Below are positions 1 through 8,053 of a stretch of DNA of 18,061 nucleotides, piece after piece. Origin of the DNA: Elusimicrobiota bacterium (lineage in GTDB: Bacteria; Elusimicrobiota; Elusimicrobia; FEN-1173); assembly GCA_052388135.1 (NCBI GenBank), contig JBQTIM010000184.1, forward strand, positions 1 through 18,061, in the 5' to 3' direction. Every line of letters begins with the position of its first letter. Position 1 is the first letter of the stretch. Position numbers and translations under genes: made by a program. The notes beneath the pieces are model-generated. The model had not been told where the DNA came from. It saw only the letters and a list, made by a program, of their open reading frames with translations, and made no database searches.

Positions 1-41
1 GGCCACCCCCTTCCCGTTAGGCCGGCCGAGGGAGGACGTTC

Positions 42-470
42 ATGACAGAATCCACCATGGGAACCTTGCGCTTCTCCGCTTTTCAAACCGCCCCCGCCAA
101 CGATCAAATGGAAAAGGATTTCCTGACGCTGGCCGCCTCGCTGGCCGCCCTCAGCGCGCATCCGGCTTCGCCGGACGTGGTCCGCGTCGCCAAGGCCAAC
201 CAATGCCCGCAGTGTCCCGTGCTGGGGTTTCAGGATTTTCCCGGCCGCGGGTTCGGCGGGGCCGTGCGTTTGCCCGGCGAGGAGGCGCCCCGGGCCGTGC
301 TGGTGGGCGCGCGGGAGTTCCTCCAGGAGTCGGGGCTCGAAATGCCGGCGCTGCTGGAAACGGCGGCCCGCCGCTGGGAGGCCGTCGGAGCCCGCGTCGT
401 CTTGGGCGGCTGGGACGGCTACGTGCGCGGCGTCATGAAATTCGAGGAAAGCGGGGACGGAGAGCCATAA
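42..470 (+). CDS. Stand-alone, degenerate nucleotide-binding (N) domain homolog of a P1B-type heavy-metal-translocating ATPase; likely gene remnant or non-catalytic paralog
   Basis: The 142-aa ORF has a strong RBS (GGGAGGA, 7-13 nt upstream) and an in-frame TAG at 18-20 that closes the frame upstream. It aligns along its length with the CopA/ZntA region from the phosphorylation motif through the N domain (LTLAASLAALSAHP, VLGFQDFPGRGFGG, AVLVGAREFLQESGL, ARVVLGGWDGYV). The DKTGT motif is degenerate (ESTMGT). The ORF stops exactly where the P domain would resume. Confidence 0.5.
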   Translation: MTESTMGTLRFSAFQTAPANDQMEKDFLTLAASLAALSAHPASPDVVRVAKANQCPQCPVLGFQDFPGRGFGGAVRLPGEEAPRAVLVGAREFLQESGLEMPALLETAARRWEAVGARVVLGGWDGYVRGVMKFEESGDGEP

Positions 471-528
471 TTTTTTCGCGCTCTCCCCGCCGAGACTGAA
501 AACGCTGGTCATAGGCCATCGCGGCGCC

Positions 529-1248
529 ATGGGCCGCGCGCCGGAGAACACGCCGGCCTCCTTCGACCTGGCCCGCCGCCTGGGGGCCGACGTCCTGGAG
601 TGCGACGTCCACCTCACCCGCGACCGCCGGCTCGTCGTCATCCACGACGAATCCCTGGACCGAACCACCTCCGGCACCGGCCTGGTGAAGGACGCCCCTT
701 GGTCCCAAGTCAAGCGCTTGGACGCCGGCGGCTGGTACCACCGTCGCTTCCGCGGCCAGCGCGTTCCCGATCTCCCGTCCCTGCTGGCCTGGCTGAAGGA
801 CAAGAAGGCCCTTTCCGGCGCTCCGCTCCGCCTCCTCATTGAAATCAAGAACGAGCCCGTGCGCTACGCCGGCATCGCCGACGCGGTGGCGGCCTGCTTG
901 AAGGACGCCGGCATGACGGACCGCGCGGGCGTGATCTCCTTCGATCACGGCGCCGTCAAGCGCGCCAAGCGCCTGGCCCCGTCCCTCTTCACGGGGCTCC
1001 TCTTCCACGAGCCTCTCCCCGACGCGGCGGCCCGCCTCCGCTGGACCGGGGCCGACGGGCTCTTTCCGCGCCGCCATTTGGTGGACGCCCGCCTGGTTCG
1101 CTGGGCCAAGCGGCGGAAGGTGTTCCTGGGCACCTGGACCGTCAACGACCCGGCCGAGATGAAGAAGATGATCGGGCTCGGTCTCGACGGCATCGCCACC
1201 AATCATCCCGACCTCCTGGCCGCGCTTTTGAAAACCCGCCTAAAATGA
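529..1248 (+). CDS. Glycerophosphodiester phosphodiesterase (GDPD/UgpQ family); true start probably upstream of the first ATG
   Basis: The protein is collinear with E. coli UgpQ (APENT, ECDVHLTRD, VVIHDESLDRTTSG, LDAGGWY, EIK, GLDGIATNHPDLL). The catalytic HRG motif (LVIGHRGA) is encoded in frame at 505-528, upstream of the first ATG at 529, and no ATG, GTG or TTG precedes it after the in-frame TGA at 436. Confidence 0.8.
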   Translation: MGRAPENTPASFDLARRLGADVLECDVHLTRDRRLVVIHDESLDRTTSGTGLVKDAPWSQVKRLDAGGWYHRRFRGQRVPDLPSLLAWLKDKKALSGAPLRLLIEIKNEPVRYAGIADAVAACLKDAGMTDRAGVISFDHGAVKRAKRLAPSLFTGLLFHEPLPDAAARLRWTGADGLFPRRHLVDARLVRWAKRRKVFLGTWTVNDPAEMKKMIGLGLDGIATNHPDLLAALLKTRLK

Positions 1249-1267
1249 CCGGCCGTCCCCTCCGTCC

Positions 1268-2401
1268 TTGACCGCGTTCCACGATCTCATCGTCGCCGAG
1301 GTGCGCCGCCGCGGCGGCGTGACCTTCGAAGAATACATGCGGTGGGCCCTTTACCATCCGCTCCACGGCTATTACGCGGCGGGCCCGGCGCGCACCGGCC
1401 GGGGCGGGGATTTTTTCACCAGCGTCCAGGCCGGCCCGCTCTTCGGGAGCCTGCTGGCGGAAACCTTCGCGGAGATGTGGGACCACCTGGGTTCGGAGCG
1501 GCTGACCCTGGTGGAGCTGGGCGGCTCCGACGGCGTTCTGGCGGAGCGCGTGATCACGGCCCTCGGGGAGAAAGGCCGCGCCCGCGGTTTGGTTTATCGT
1601 CTGGTGGAGGCGAGCCCCGCGCGGCGCGCGGAGGCGCGCCGCCGGCTGTCCCGTTTCCCGCGGGTGGAGATCGTGGAAAGCTTGGAGGCCCTGGAGCATC
1701 CCTCCGAGGGCTGCGTTTTCTCCAACGAATTCTTCGACGCCCTGCCCTTCCACCGCGTGACGCAGGAGTGCGGCGCTCTGAAGGAGCTCTGGGTGCGGGA
1801 GGAGTCCGGCCGCCTGGCGCAGCGGGCCGGTCCCCTTTCAACGCCCCTCTTGGCGCGGGCTTTGGCGGAACAATCCGTCTCTTTGGAGGAAGGCCAGGAG
1901 GCGGAGGTGTGCCTGGCTCTCGAGGCGGCCGTGGGCCACATCGCCCGCGTGCTCTCGCGGGGTTTCGTCCTCACCCTGGACTACGGCGAACCGTCCGCCG
2001 ACCTTTACCGGCCCGAGCGGCGGCGCGGCACCTTGCAGGTTTACCATCGCCACCGCCTGTCGGACGACCCTTTCGAGAACATCGGCGAGTGCGACCTGAC
2101 GGCGCTGGTGGATTTCGGCCGCCTGGCACGCCTGGGCGCCGCCGAGGGGCTTCGGCCCCTGATCTTCGCGCGCCAAGGGGCGTTCCTGCTGAACTCCGGC
2201 GAGAAAGTCCTGCGGCGCGCCGTGGAGGAAACCCCCCGCCGCGGCGCGGGGGCGGCCGCCCAAGTCCAACAGCTCCTTCATCCCGACGCCTTGGGGGGAA
2301 GGTTCCAGGTCTTGGTGCAGGGCAAGGAGGTGGCCGAGCCGGTTCTTTCCGGCGGCCGGATCAACCGGATCGGCCGGCTGGCTCTGGAAGGCGCCTCTTG
2401 A
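1268..2401 (+). CDS. Class I SAM-dependent methyltransferase, MidA/NDUFAF7 (DUF185) family
   Basis: It has a TTG start. The N-terminal pattern (FEEYMRWALYHPLHGYY...GDFFTSVQAGPLFGSLLAETFAEMW) matches the MidA family, and it carries the methyltransferase glycine-rich motif LVELGGSDG. Confidence 0.7.
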   Translation: MTAFHDLIVAEVRRRGGVTFEEYMRWALYHPLHGYYAAGPARTGRGGDFFTSVQAGPLFGSLLAETFAEMWDHLGSERLTLVELGGSDGVLAERVITALGEKGRARGLVYRLVEASPARRAEARRRLSRFPRVEIVESLEALEHPSEGCVFSNEFFDALPFHRVTQECGALKELWVREESGRLAQRAGPLSTPLLARALAEQSVSLEEGQEAEVCLALEAAVGHIARVLSRGFVLTLDYGEPSADLYRPERRRGTLQVYHRHRLSDDPFENIGECDLTALVDFGRLARLGAAEGLRPLIFARQGAFLLNSGEKVLRRAVEETPRRGAGAAAQVQQLLHPDALGGRFQVLVQGKEVAEPVLSGGRINRIGRLALEGAS

Positions 2402-4446
2402 AAAAGACGCCGCGTCGGAGAGCCTGGAAACTTTTCGTCCTGGCCGCCGCCCTCGCCTCGCCGGGCTCGGCCCGGGCCGACGGCAAGGCCCTCCTTCAGC
2501 AGGCCCGCCGGCATTACTTCAAGGGGGATCTGGAGCGGGCGGCGGAAGTTTACACGCAAGTTCCCGAAGGCGATGTCTTCCATCCGGAGGCGGTGCTCAG
2601 CCGGGCCGTGACTCTCAACCATTTGGGGAAACCCGAGGAAGCCCTGCGGGAATGGGTACGCTGCGAACGCCTCCTGCCCAAATCCCATTTCGTGCGCCGC
2701 CAGCTGGGTTGGACGTATTTTTCCCTCGAATCCTACGAAACCGCCGTCTATTGGTTCCAGAGAGCGCTCGACGGCGATCCGGATTCCTGGGAAGCCCTCC
2801 TGGGCCTGGGGTGGTCCTACGCCCGGCAAAACCAGTACGACCGCGCCCTGGCCGCTTACCAAAAAAACCTGTCTGAGAATTCCGACTCGGCCATCCTCTA
2901 TTACATGACAGGCCGCCTTTTCGAGCGCATGGGACGCGCGCGCTTGGCCCTGACGGTTTACGGCAAAGCGCTCAGGCAAGATCACGCCATGGCCGAGGCT
3001 CGCATTGCTCGCGACGCCCTGCAGGCCGGGGAAGACCGTCCCCTGCCGCTTTACCGGCGGCTCCTGCGCATGGTGCCCGGCAGCGGCCTGGTGCTCCGCA
3101 CCATCCGCCAGCTCGCCCCGCGGTCCGACTATCCCACCGTGCCGCCGGCCGAAGCCGTGCGGGAGCTCCCCGCCCTGGAACTGGCGCCGCCGCGGGCGCC
3201 TGCGGCCACGTTTTCCCGGGCGCGCAAGGCCCAGGTCCGGGTGGGTCTGGGGTTGGACGATCTCGGCCGTCCTCTGCCTTTGCGGGAGATAACCTTCACG
3301 TGCCGCTCGGAGTTCGACGTGGACGGCGGAGGGAAAGCGGCGCCCCTCCACGGCGCCGCGGGCGACGTTTGGAATGTGCGCTCGTCCGGGGAAGGCGTTT
3401 TGACGGTGGCGGGTCCTGGGAATATACGCCGCTCCGGCCTGAGCTCCGTCACCATCGACCCGCGCCGGGATGGAACCTTCGTCATCGAAAACCTAGCGGG
3501 ACCGGCCGGCGAGCGGCGGGGCGGAGAATACAAAGGCCGCATGGAGATTTACGCCGGAGCGCGAGGCCTGCGCCTGGTCAACGTGGTGCCCATCGAGGAT
3601 TACCTGGCTTCCGTCGTCCCCTCGGAAATGATTCCCTCCTGGCCCCTGGAAGCGTTCAAGGCCCAGGCGGTTCTATCGCGCTCGCTGGTGGCCCTGGGCG
3701 ATTTCCACCGGGAGGAATACTCCCTCTGCCACGGCCAGCAGTGCCAGGTATAGCGGGGCGGGGGAGCCGAACCGCCCGGCGCGCGCCGGGCCGTCCAGGA
3801 AACCCGCGACGAAGTGCTCGTTTACGGCGACAAAGTGTCCCACGGGGTGTATGCCTCCAACTGCGGCGGGCACACCCAATGGGGGGCCGAACTCGTGAAG
3901 TGGACCAAAGCGCCCTATTGGCGCGGCGTGCCGGACGGCCCGGTGTCGCCGCCGTCATCGCCGGCGAGCGTGGAGCGCTGGGTACGTTCCATCCCCAGGA
4001 CCTTTTGCCGTCCGTCCCGCCGCACCCCGCGGTCGGATTCGCGCTGGGTGCGGCTGGTGTCCGCCGCCTATCTCGAGGAGCGGCTGAGGCAAGGCCATCC
4101 CGACATCGGCCGCGTGCGCCGCCTGGTGGCGCGCCGCCGCTCCCGTTCCGGCCACGTGAATTCCTTGGAGATTGTGGGCTCCCGCGGCTCCGTGGTGGTG
4201 GACCGCGAACACAAAATTCGCAACCTGCTGGCGCCCGGGAGCCTGCGCAGCACCCTCTTCACGGTTCAGACGGTGCACGAGGCGGGGCGCCCCGCGCTTT
4301 TCGTGGTCTGGGGCGGCGGCTGGGGCCACGGCGTGGGCCTCTGCCAGGCCGGAGCCGCCACTCTGGCCGCCGAACAGCGCAGCTACAAAGACATCCTCAA
4401 ACACTACTTCCCCGCCTGCCGCCTGGCCAAACTGCGGCAAAACTGA
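2398..4446 (+). pseudogene. Secreted TPR-repeat plus SpoIID/LytB-domain protein (amidase-enhancer family), interrupted by a single in-frame TAG at 3751-3753
   Basis: The TTG start at 2398 overlaps the midA stop (TTGA). A signal peptide (KKTPRRRAWKLFVLAAALASPGSARA) is followed by TPR-like repeats. The SpoIID domain (YKGRMEIYAG, VPIEDYLASVVPSEMIPSWPLEAFKAQAVLSRS) runs to CHGQQCQV, stops at TAG, and resumes in the same frame (ETRDEVLVYGDKVSHGVYASNCGGHTQ ... GGGWGHGVGLCQAGA ... YKDILKHYFP) as far as TGA at 4446. Segments are 2398..3753 and 3814..4446. Confidence 0.75.
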
Positions 4447-4551
4447 CCCGCGAATTAAATCACCGGGCCCGTGTCTTTAAGGTCTTGGTATTGCCGGCTG
4501 GGCCGGGAGGAAAGGATTTACCTGGGGAAGGAAATGATCGAGGACGGAGAC

Positions 4552-5337
4552 TCAAAAATTAAACGGTTCTAACGCTTGAATTCCGGAAAAACCACCCTCC
4601 GTAAATTCAACAATCGTCGTCGGTTGATTCGGAACTGTTTCTGGTTGACAACGTCCCCTAGCCCCCGACAGAAAATTGACGATGACGCCCGCAATCGTTG
4701 CCAGCAGAGTTAAGACCATGATTGCTAGCGTGAACATCTCTTTTCTATTCGGGCCTTGTGGCTCATCCAACGACACCGAAACATAAGGGAAGAGTTTCTG
4801 TTTTAGATTCATGTAGCTCGCTGCCCACAGCACGACCCCCGTTATGGCTATCGTGCTGGCCAGCAAGTACATCCCTTGCGCGGCGGCGAATGGCACTCCG
4901 ACGGCCGCAAGGCCAATTCCAATTCCCCCAATGGCCGGCATAGCCTTGCCGAGGCGCCAGTGCCAAGGTTTGTGGTTCTCCAAGAAGCGGCCAATGTGCT
5001 TCTCGAGCTTCAAGAACGTCCCTTCGTCAGTGGCGTGGGGCTGCCAGGACACGTTGTTGTGATTAAAATTTAAGGAAACGCCAGCATCGATTTCCTGATT
5101 CGCAGTCCAGCGCAGAGCACGAACCGATAAATGGTCTGTCTGGAGATCTGGAAGTTTGGCAGCGAGATCGTCGACCGTTTCCGCCTGGACTGTTCGCCGT
5201 TCATCGCGCACAGCGAACTCTAGGTGGACGTCACCTCCATCAAGCGCCCTTTTCAAAGCATCCTGGAGTTCATTCAGGCCACGTCGGGTGAGCCGCGTTG
5301 GAGGGCCGTCGTTCAGGCTGCGAAATTCTTCTGTCAT
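4552..5337 (-). CDS. Hypothetical membrane protein of the low-GC island: cytoplasmic N-domain of about 145 aa followed by 3 predicted TM helices
   Basis: The ORF lies in a region of about 48-50% GC inside a 68-70% GC background. I start it at the internal ATG at 5337, which has an AAAGGCGGA RBS-like sequence upstream; the ORF track extends to 5508. Hydrophobic helices are AIGGIGIGLAAVGVPFAAA, YLLASTIAITGVVLWAASY and FTLAIMVLTLLATIAGVIVNFL. The N-domain has no recognisable family. Confidence 0.5.
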   Translation of the reverse strand: MTEEFRSLNDGPPTRLTRRGLNELQDALKRALDGGDVHLEFAVRDERRTVQAETVDDLAAKLPDLQTDHLSVRALRWTANQEIDAGVSLNFNHNNVSWQPHATDEGTFLKLEKHIGRFLENHKPWHWRLGKAMPAIGGIGIGLAAVGVPFAAAQGMYLLASTIAITGVVLWAASYMNLKQKLFPYVSVSLDEPQGPNRKEMFTLAIMVLTLLATIAGVIVNFLSGARGRCQPETVPNQPTTIVEFTEGGFSGIQALEPFNF

Positions 5338-5486
5338 GGAGTTCCGCCTTTCTGTGCTCGCGCAGTCGTGGCGAAGCTTGTCCGCGAACTTAGACCTATT
5401 GCCCTGATGGGAGGCGGTAGCTAACGAATAAGCCCAGCCACGCGGCTTGGTGTGCCGCGTCGGCTGGAGCGAATTGTTATGCCGCA

Positions 5487-5756
5487 CTATCGAAGCGTTT
5501 CCTCGCATATCTGCAGGTCGAGTTCGTCCGGTGGTTTACAATTTTTCCCAATTTCATAGTCCCAGCGCGCGTCAGGGGCGGCCACTTTGGTGTGTTGCTT
5601 ATTAATCCATCGGCGAGCCTCGTCAGTCGATGAAAAAATAGGGCCTCTAGTGAAAATCGTGAGGTCGTCCGCATCAGGATAGTAAACGGGTTGAAACGTG
5701 TCTGGTTTCAAGCAGGCCGTAATGAGCATTGCCACAACTAAGAGACCCGGTTTCAT
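5487..5756 (-). CDS. Small lipoprotein (89 aa) of the low-GC island
   Basis: The signal peptide ends in a lipobox (MKPGLLVVAMLITAC). A GAGGA RBS lies 3-4 nt upstream of the ATG. The GC content matches the neighbouring membrane protein gene. Confidence 0.5.
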   Translation of the reverse strand: MKPGLLVVAMLITACLKPDTFQPVYYPDADDLTIFTRGPIFSSTDEARRWINKQHTKVAAPDARWDYEIGKNCKPPDELDLQICEETLR

Positions 5757-5778
5757 TTGTCCTCATGCGCTCCGCTGA

Positions 5779-5826
5779 GCTTGTATTCGACCCCCCAAAT
5801 GGGGTAGCATTTCGCCTGATACAAGC
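5779..5826. repeat. Nested palindromes (GCTTGTAT ... ATACAAGC, enclosing CCCC-AAAT-GGGG) in the divergent region between the lipoprotein gene and radC
   Basis: Perfect 8-bp inverted arms are separated by 32 nt, with an inner 4-5 bp palindrome. The element sits at the right edge of the low-GC island, just upstream of an AT-rich stretch. Confidence 0.4.
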
Positions 5827-5888
5827 GAAGTTATCTATTTAGTCATTTAATGTCAACGGTTTTGTGGGCGGAGGGCGAGAGGCGTAAT

Positions 5889-6566
5889 ATGACGGCTCGG
5901 GCGGCTTTTAAGTCTTTGCATGCGGTGGACAGGCCTCGGGAGCGGTTGGCTCGACAGGGGGCCAAGGCTTTGAAGGATGAGGAGCTTTTGGCCATCCTTC
6001 TGCGCACGGGCTATAAGAACATGGACGTGCTGGCTTTGTCGCGGGAGTTGCTGAAGCTTTATCCGGGGCGGACGCTTTACGAGCTGGCTTTTCCGGAGCT
6101 TAAAAAGATCAAAGGGGTGGGGGCTTCGCGGGCGTCGGCGCTTCAGGCGGCTTGGGAGCTGGCGCGGCGCTATTTCGAGTCGCCGGACCGCCTGCCGGTT
6201 TTGCAGTCGCCCCGGGACGTTTGCGCGCAGATCGGCGAGATCCGCGCCCAGAGGAAAGAGCACTTCGTGGTCCTTTATTTGAACACCCGCAACCAGTTGG
6301 TGCACAAGGAGGCGGTTTCCGTGGGCACGCTCAACGCGAGCTTGGTTCATCCCCGGGAGGTCTTTGAACCGGCCCTGCGCCACTCGGCGGCGGGGGTGAT
6401 TTTGGCCCACAACCATCCGTCGGGGGATCCGTCGCCGTCGGAGGAGGACCGGGAGCTGACGCGGCGGTTGGCGGAGGCGGGGCGTCTGCTGGGCATAGAC
6501 GTGCTGGACCACGTGGTGGTGGCGGACGGGCGGCATTACAGCTTTCAGGAGAACGGGGCTTTGTGA
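5889..6566 (+). CDS. radC: RadC-like JAB/MPN domain protein (UPF0758)
   Basis: The N-terminal region matches RadC ([27 protein letters not shown]), and the JAB motif is present ([21 protein letters not shown]). I prefer the ATG at 5889, which has a GGAGGGCGAGAGG RBS, over the ATG at 5850. Confidence 0.85.
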   Translation: MTARAAFKSLHAVDRPRERLARQGAKALKDEELLAILLRTGYKNMDVLALSRELLKLYPGRTLYELAFPELKKIKGVGASRASALQAAWELARRYFESPDRLPVLQSPRDVCAQIGEIRAQRKEHFVVLYLNTRNQLVHKEAVSVGTLNASLVHPREVFEPALRHSAAGVILAHNHPSGDPSPSEEDRELTRRLAEAGRLLGIDVLDHVVVADGRHYSFQENGAL

Positions 6567-6934
6567 GGATTGTTTCGCTGTGGGCGCCGCCGGCTCTGTG
6601 GTGCGGGCTGATTTTTTATTTGTCGGGCATTCCCGACTTGGGCACGGGCCTGGGGTTTTACGATTTGATCTTGCGCAAGGCGGCCCATTTCATCGAGTAT
6701 GCGGTGCTGGCGCTTTTGGTGTGGAGGGCCTTGGCGGGGAGCGGAAGCGTTCCGCCTCGGGGGATTTTTTGGGGAGCTTTCGGTTTTTGCGTCCTCTACG
6801 CGGTGAGCGACGAATGGCATCAAGGTTTCGTCCCGGGCCGGGTTCCGTCGAGACTGGACGTCCTGCTGGATTCGCTGGGCGCCCTGGCGGCCGTTGTCTG
6901 GAAGCGCGGGCGGGGGCGGAGGGCGGCGGCGTGA
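6563..6934 (+). CDS. VanZ-family membrane protein
   Basis: The GTG start overlaps the radC stop. Four hydrophobic segments are present, and the VanZ signature ([25 protein letters not shown]) is there. Confidence 0.65.
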   Translation: MRIVSLWAPPALWCGLIFYLSGIPDLGTGLGFYDLILRKAAHFIEYAVLALLVWRALAGSGSVPPRGIFWGAFGFCVLYAVSDEWHQGFVPGRVPSRLDVLLDSLGALAAVVWKRGRGRRAAA

Positions 6935-7341
6935 AAAGCCATACCAAATATCTTTGGTTCGAGACCGAGAAGCGCCGGGAGCTGATCAACATCACGGAGG
7001 AGCTTCACAAGGCGGTGAAGGCGAGCGGCGTGAAGGAGGGCCTCTGCCTGGTTTCGGCCATGCACATCACGGCGGGGATTTGGGTGAACGACGAGGAGCC
7101 GGGGCTGAAGGAAGACCTTATGGACTGGCTGGACCGGCTGGTTCCCCGTGCCGACTACCGGCACCACCGCACCGGAGAGGACAACGGCGACGCGCATTTG
7201 AAGCGGACGCTGACGCATCATCAGGCCCTCCTGCCCGTCACCGCCGGAAAACTGGACCTGGGGCCCTGGGAGCAGGTGTTTTACGCGGAGTTCGACGGCC
7301 GCCGCCGCAAGCGCGTGGTGGTGAAGATCATCGGCGAGTAG
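6931..7341 (+). CDS. yjbQ: YjbQ/UPF0047 family protein (secondary thiamine-phosphate synthase-like)
   Basis: The GTG start overlaps the vanZ stop (GTGA). Motifs are [28 protein letters not shown] ... HLKRTL and [29 protein letters not shown]. The gene stops at TAG. Confidence 0.8.
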   Translation: MKSHTKYLWFETEKRRELINITEELHKAVKASGVKEGLCLVSAMHITAGIWVNDEEPGLKEDLMDWLDRLVPRADYRHHRTGEDNGDAHLKRTLTHHQALLPVTAGKLDLGPWEQVFYAEFDGRRRKRVVVKIIGE

Positions 7342-7356
7342 GTTTTTCGCCGGACG

Positions 7357-7390
7357 CCGTCGGTGTGATATAATAGGACGACGGTGTCCT
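7357..7390 (+). promoter_or_regulatory. Sigma70-type promoter with an extended -10 (TGATATAAT, about 7366-7374), flanked and overlapped by inverted repeats (CCGTCG/CGACGG and AGGAC/GTCCT); drives a near-leaderless transcript of the 7391 gene
   Basis: A perfect TGnTATAAT lies 16 nt upstream of the ATG at 7391. The IRs bracket the -10 and the predicted start site. No SD lies upstream of the ATG. Confidence 0.45.
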
Positions 7391-8047
7391 ATGCCACGAA
7401 AGCGCGACTATTTTAAGAAAATCAACTTCGACAAGCCCTGGGAGGAGGACGACTGGGAGCTGTTCTTCCAGGCCCAGGAGACCCTTTTGCGGGAGCTGGG
7501 GCCCGCGACGGGCGCTTACAAGGACCGCGTTTTTTCCTCCCGGGCCATTTTGCGCCGCCTCCGCCTGCAGGCGGATCACGGCCCGGCGCCCGCGCCCCCG
7601 TCCGGCGGCTCCGGCGAGGAGTTTTGGCGCGAGGGCGCCGCGCCGGACAGCTTGCCCTCTTTCCGCCTGGCCGAGACCTTCCGCCAGGACCTTCGCCTTC
7701 TCTACAAGCGCCTCGGCCGCCGGCTCTACAAGAAATACGAGAGCCCGGCCCACGCCCAGGCCCAGCGTCTTTTGCACCGCATGGCCGCCCACGCCGCCCA
7801 GGCGCCCCGGGAGTTGGCCCTGGGCCACGAGCTGGGCTACGAGCCGGAGGGCGTGAAAGGCAACATCGCCCGCTGCAAGCGCGCCCTGGCCCACGCCGAT
7901 CATTGCCTGGGCTGCCTGAGCCGCCTTCCCGCCCGCCGCCTGCCCGCCGGCGAGCATCGCCGCCTGTTCCAGGAGGCCGCTGCCGTGCGCAACGCCCTGT
8001 CGGCCTGGATCGCGTTCCTGCGGGAACACTTCGTCCGGGTCGGATAA
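7391..8047 (+). CDS. Hypothetical protein (218 aa), upstream of and co-oriented with rmuC
   Basis: A 218-aa ORF sits on the coding strand with a 6-nt gap to rmuC. I recognise no family. It has a C-terminal Cys/His cluster (CKRALAHADHCLGC). Confidence 0.45.
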   Translation: MPRKRDYFKKINFDKPWEEDDWELFFQAQETLLRELGPATGAYKDRVFSSRAILRRLRLQADHGPAPAPPSGGSGEEFWREGAAPDSLPSFRLAETFRQDLRLLYKRLGRRLYKKYESPAHAQAQRLLHRMAAHAAQAPRELALGHELGYEPEGVKGNIARCKRALAHADHCLGCLSRLPARRLPAGEHRRLFQEAAAVRNALSAWIAFLREHFVRVG

Positions 8048-8053
8048 CCTTTT

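Noticed and set aside
1342-2397. N-terminal 350 aa of the 803-aa ORF 1342..3753, a Gly/Arg/Pro-rich frame overlapping midA
   Set aside because: It is out of frame with the well-supported midA gene, it has low-complexity GC-driven composition, and the real gene in that frame starts at the TTG at 2398 with a signal peptide.
3751-3753. Possibility that TAG is a reassigned sense codon in this organism
   Set aside because: TAG terminates yjbQ, rmuC and the YHS gene at positions matching their family C-termini, so it is a genuine stop here. The SpoIID TAG is better explained by a mutation, a sequencing error or readthrough.
5338-5508. N-terminal extensions of track ORFs (4552..5508 first 57 aa, 12535..13065 first 53 aa, 14823..16790 first 88 aa, 13945..14826 first 16 aa)
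   Set aside because: The extensions lack RBSs, overlap upstream genes or promoters, and are Arg-rich. Internal ATGs with SD sequences give proteins that match family N-termini.
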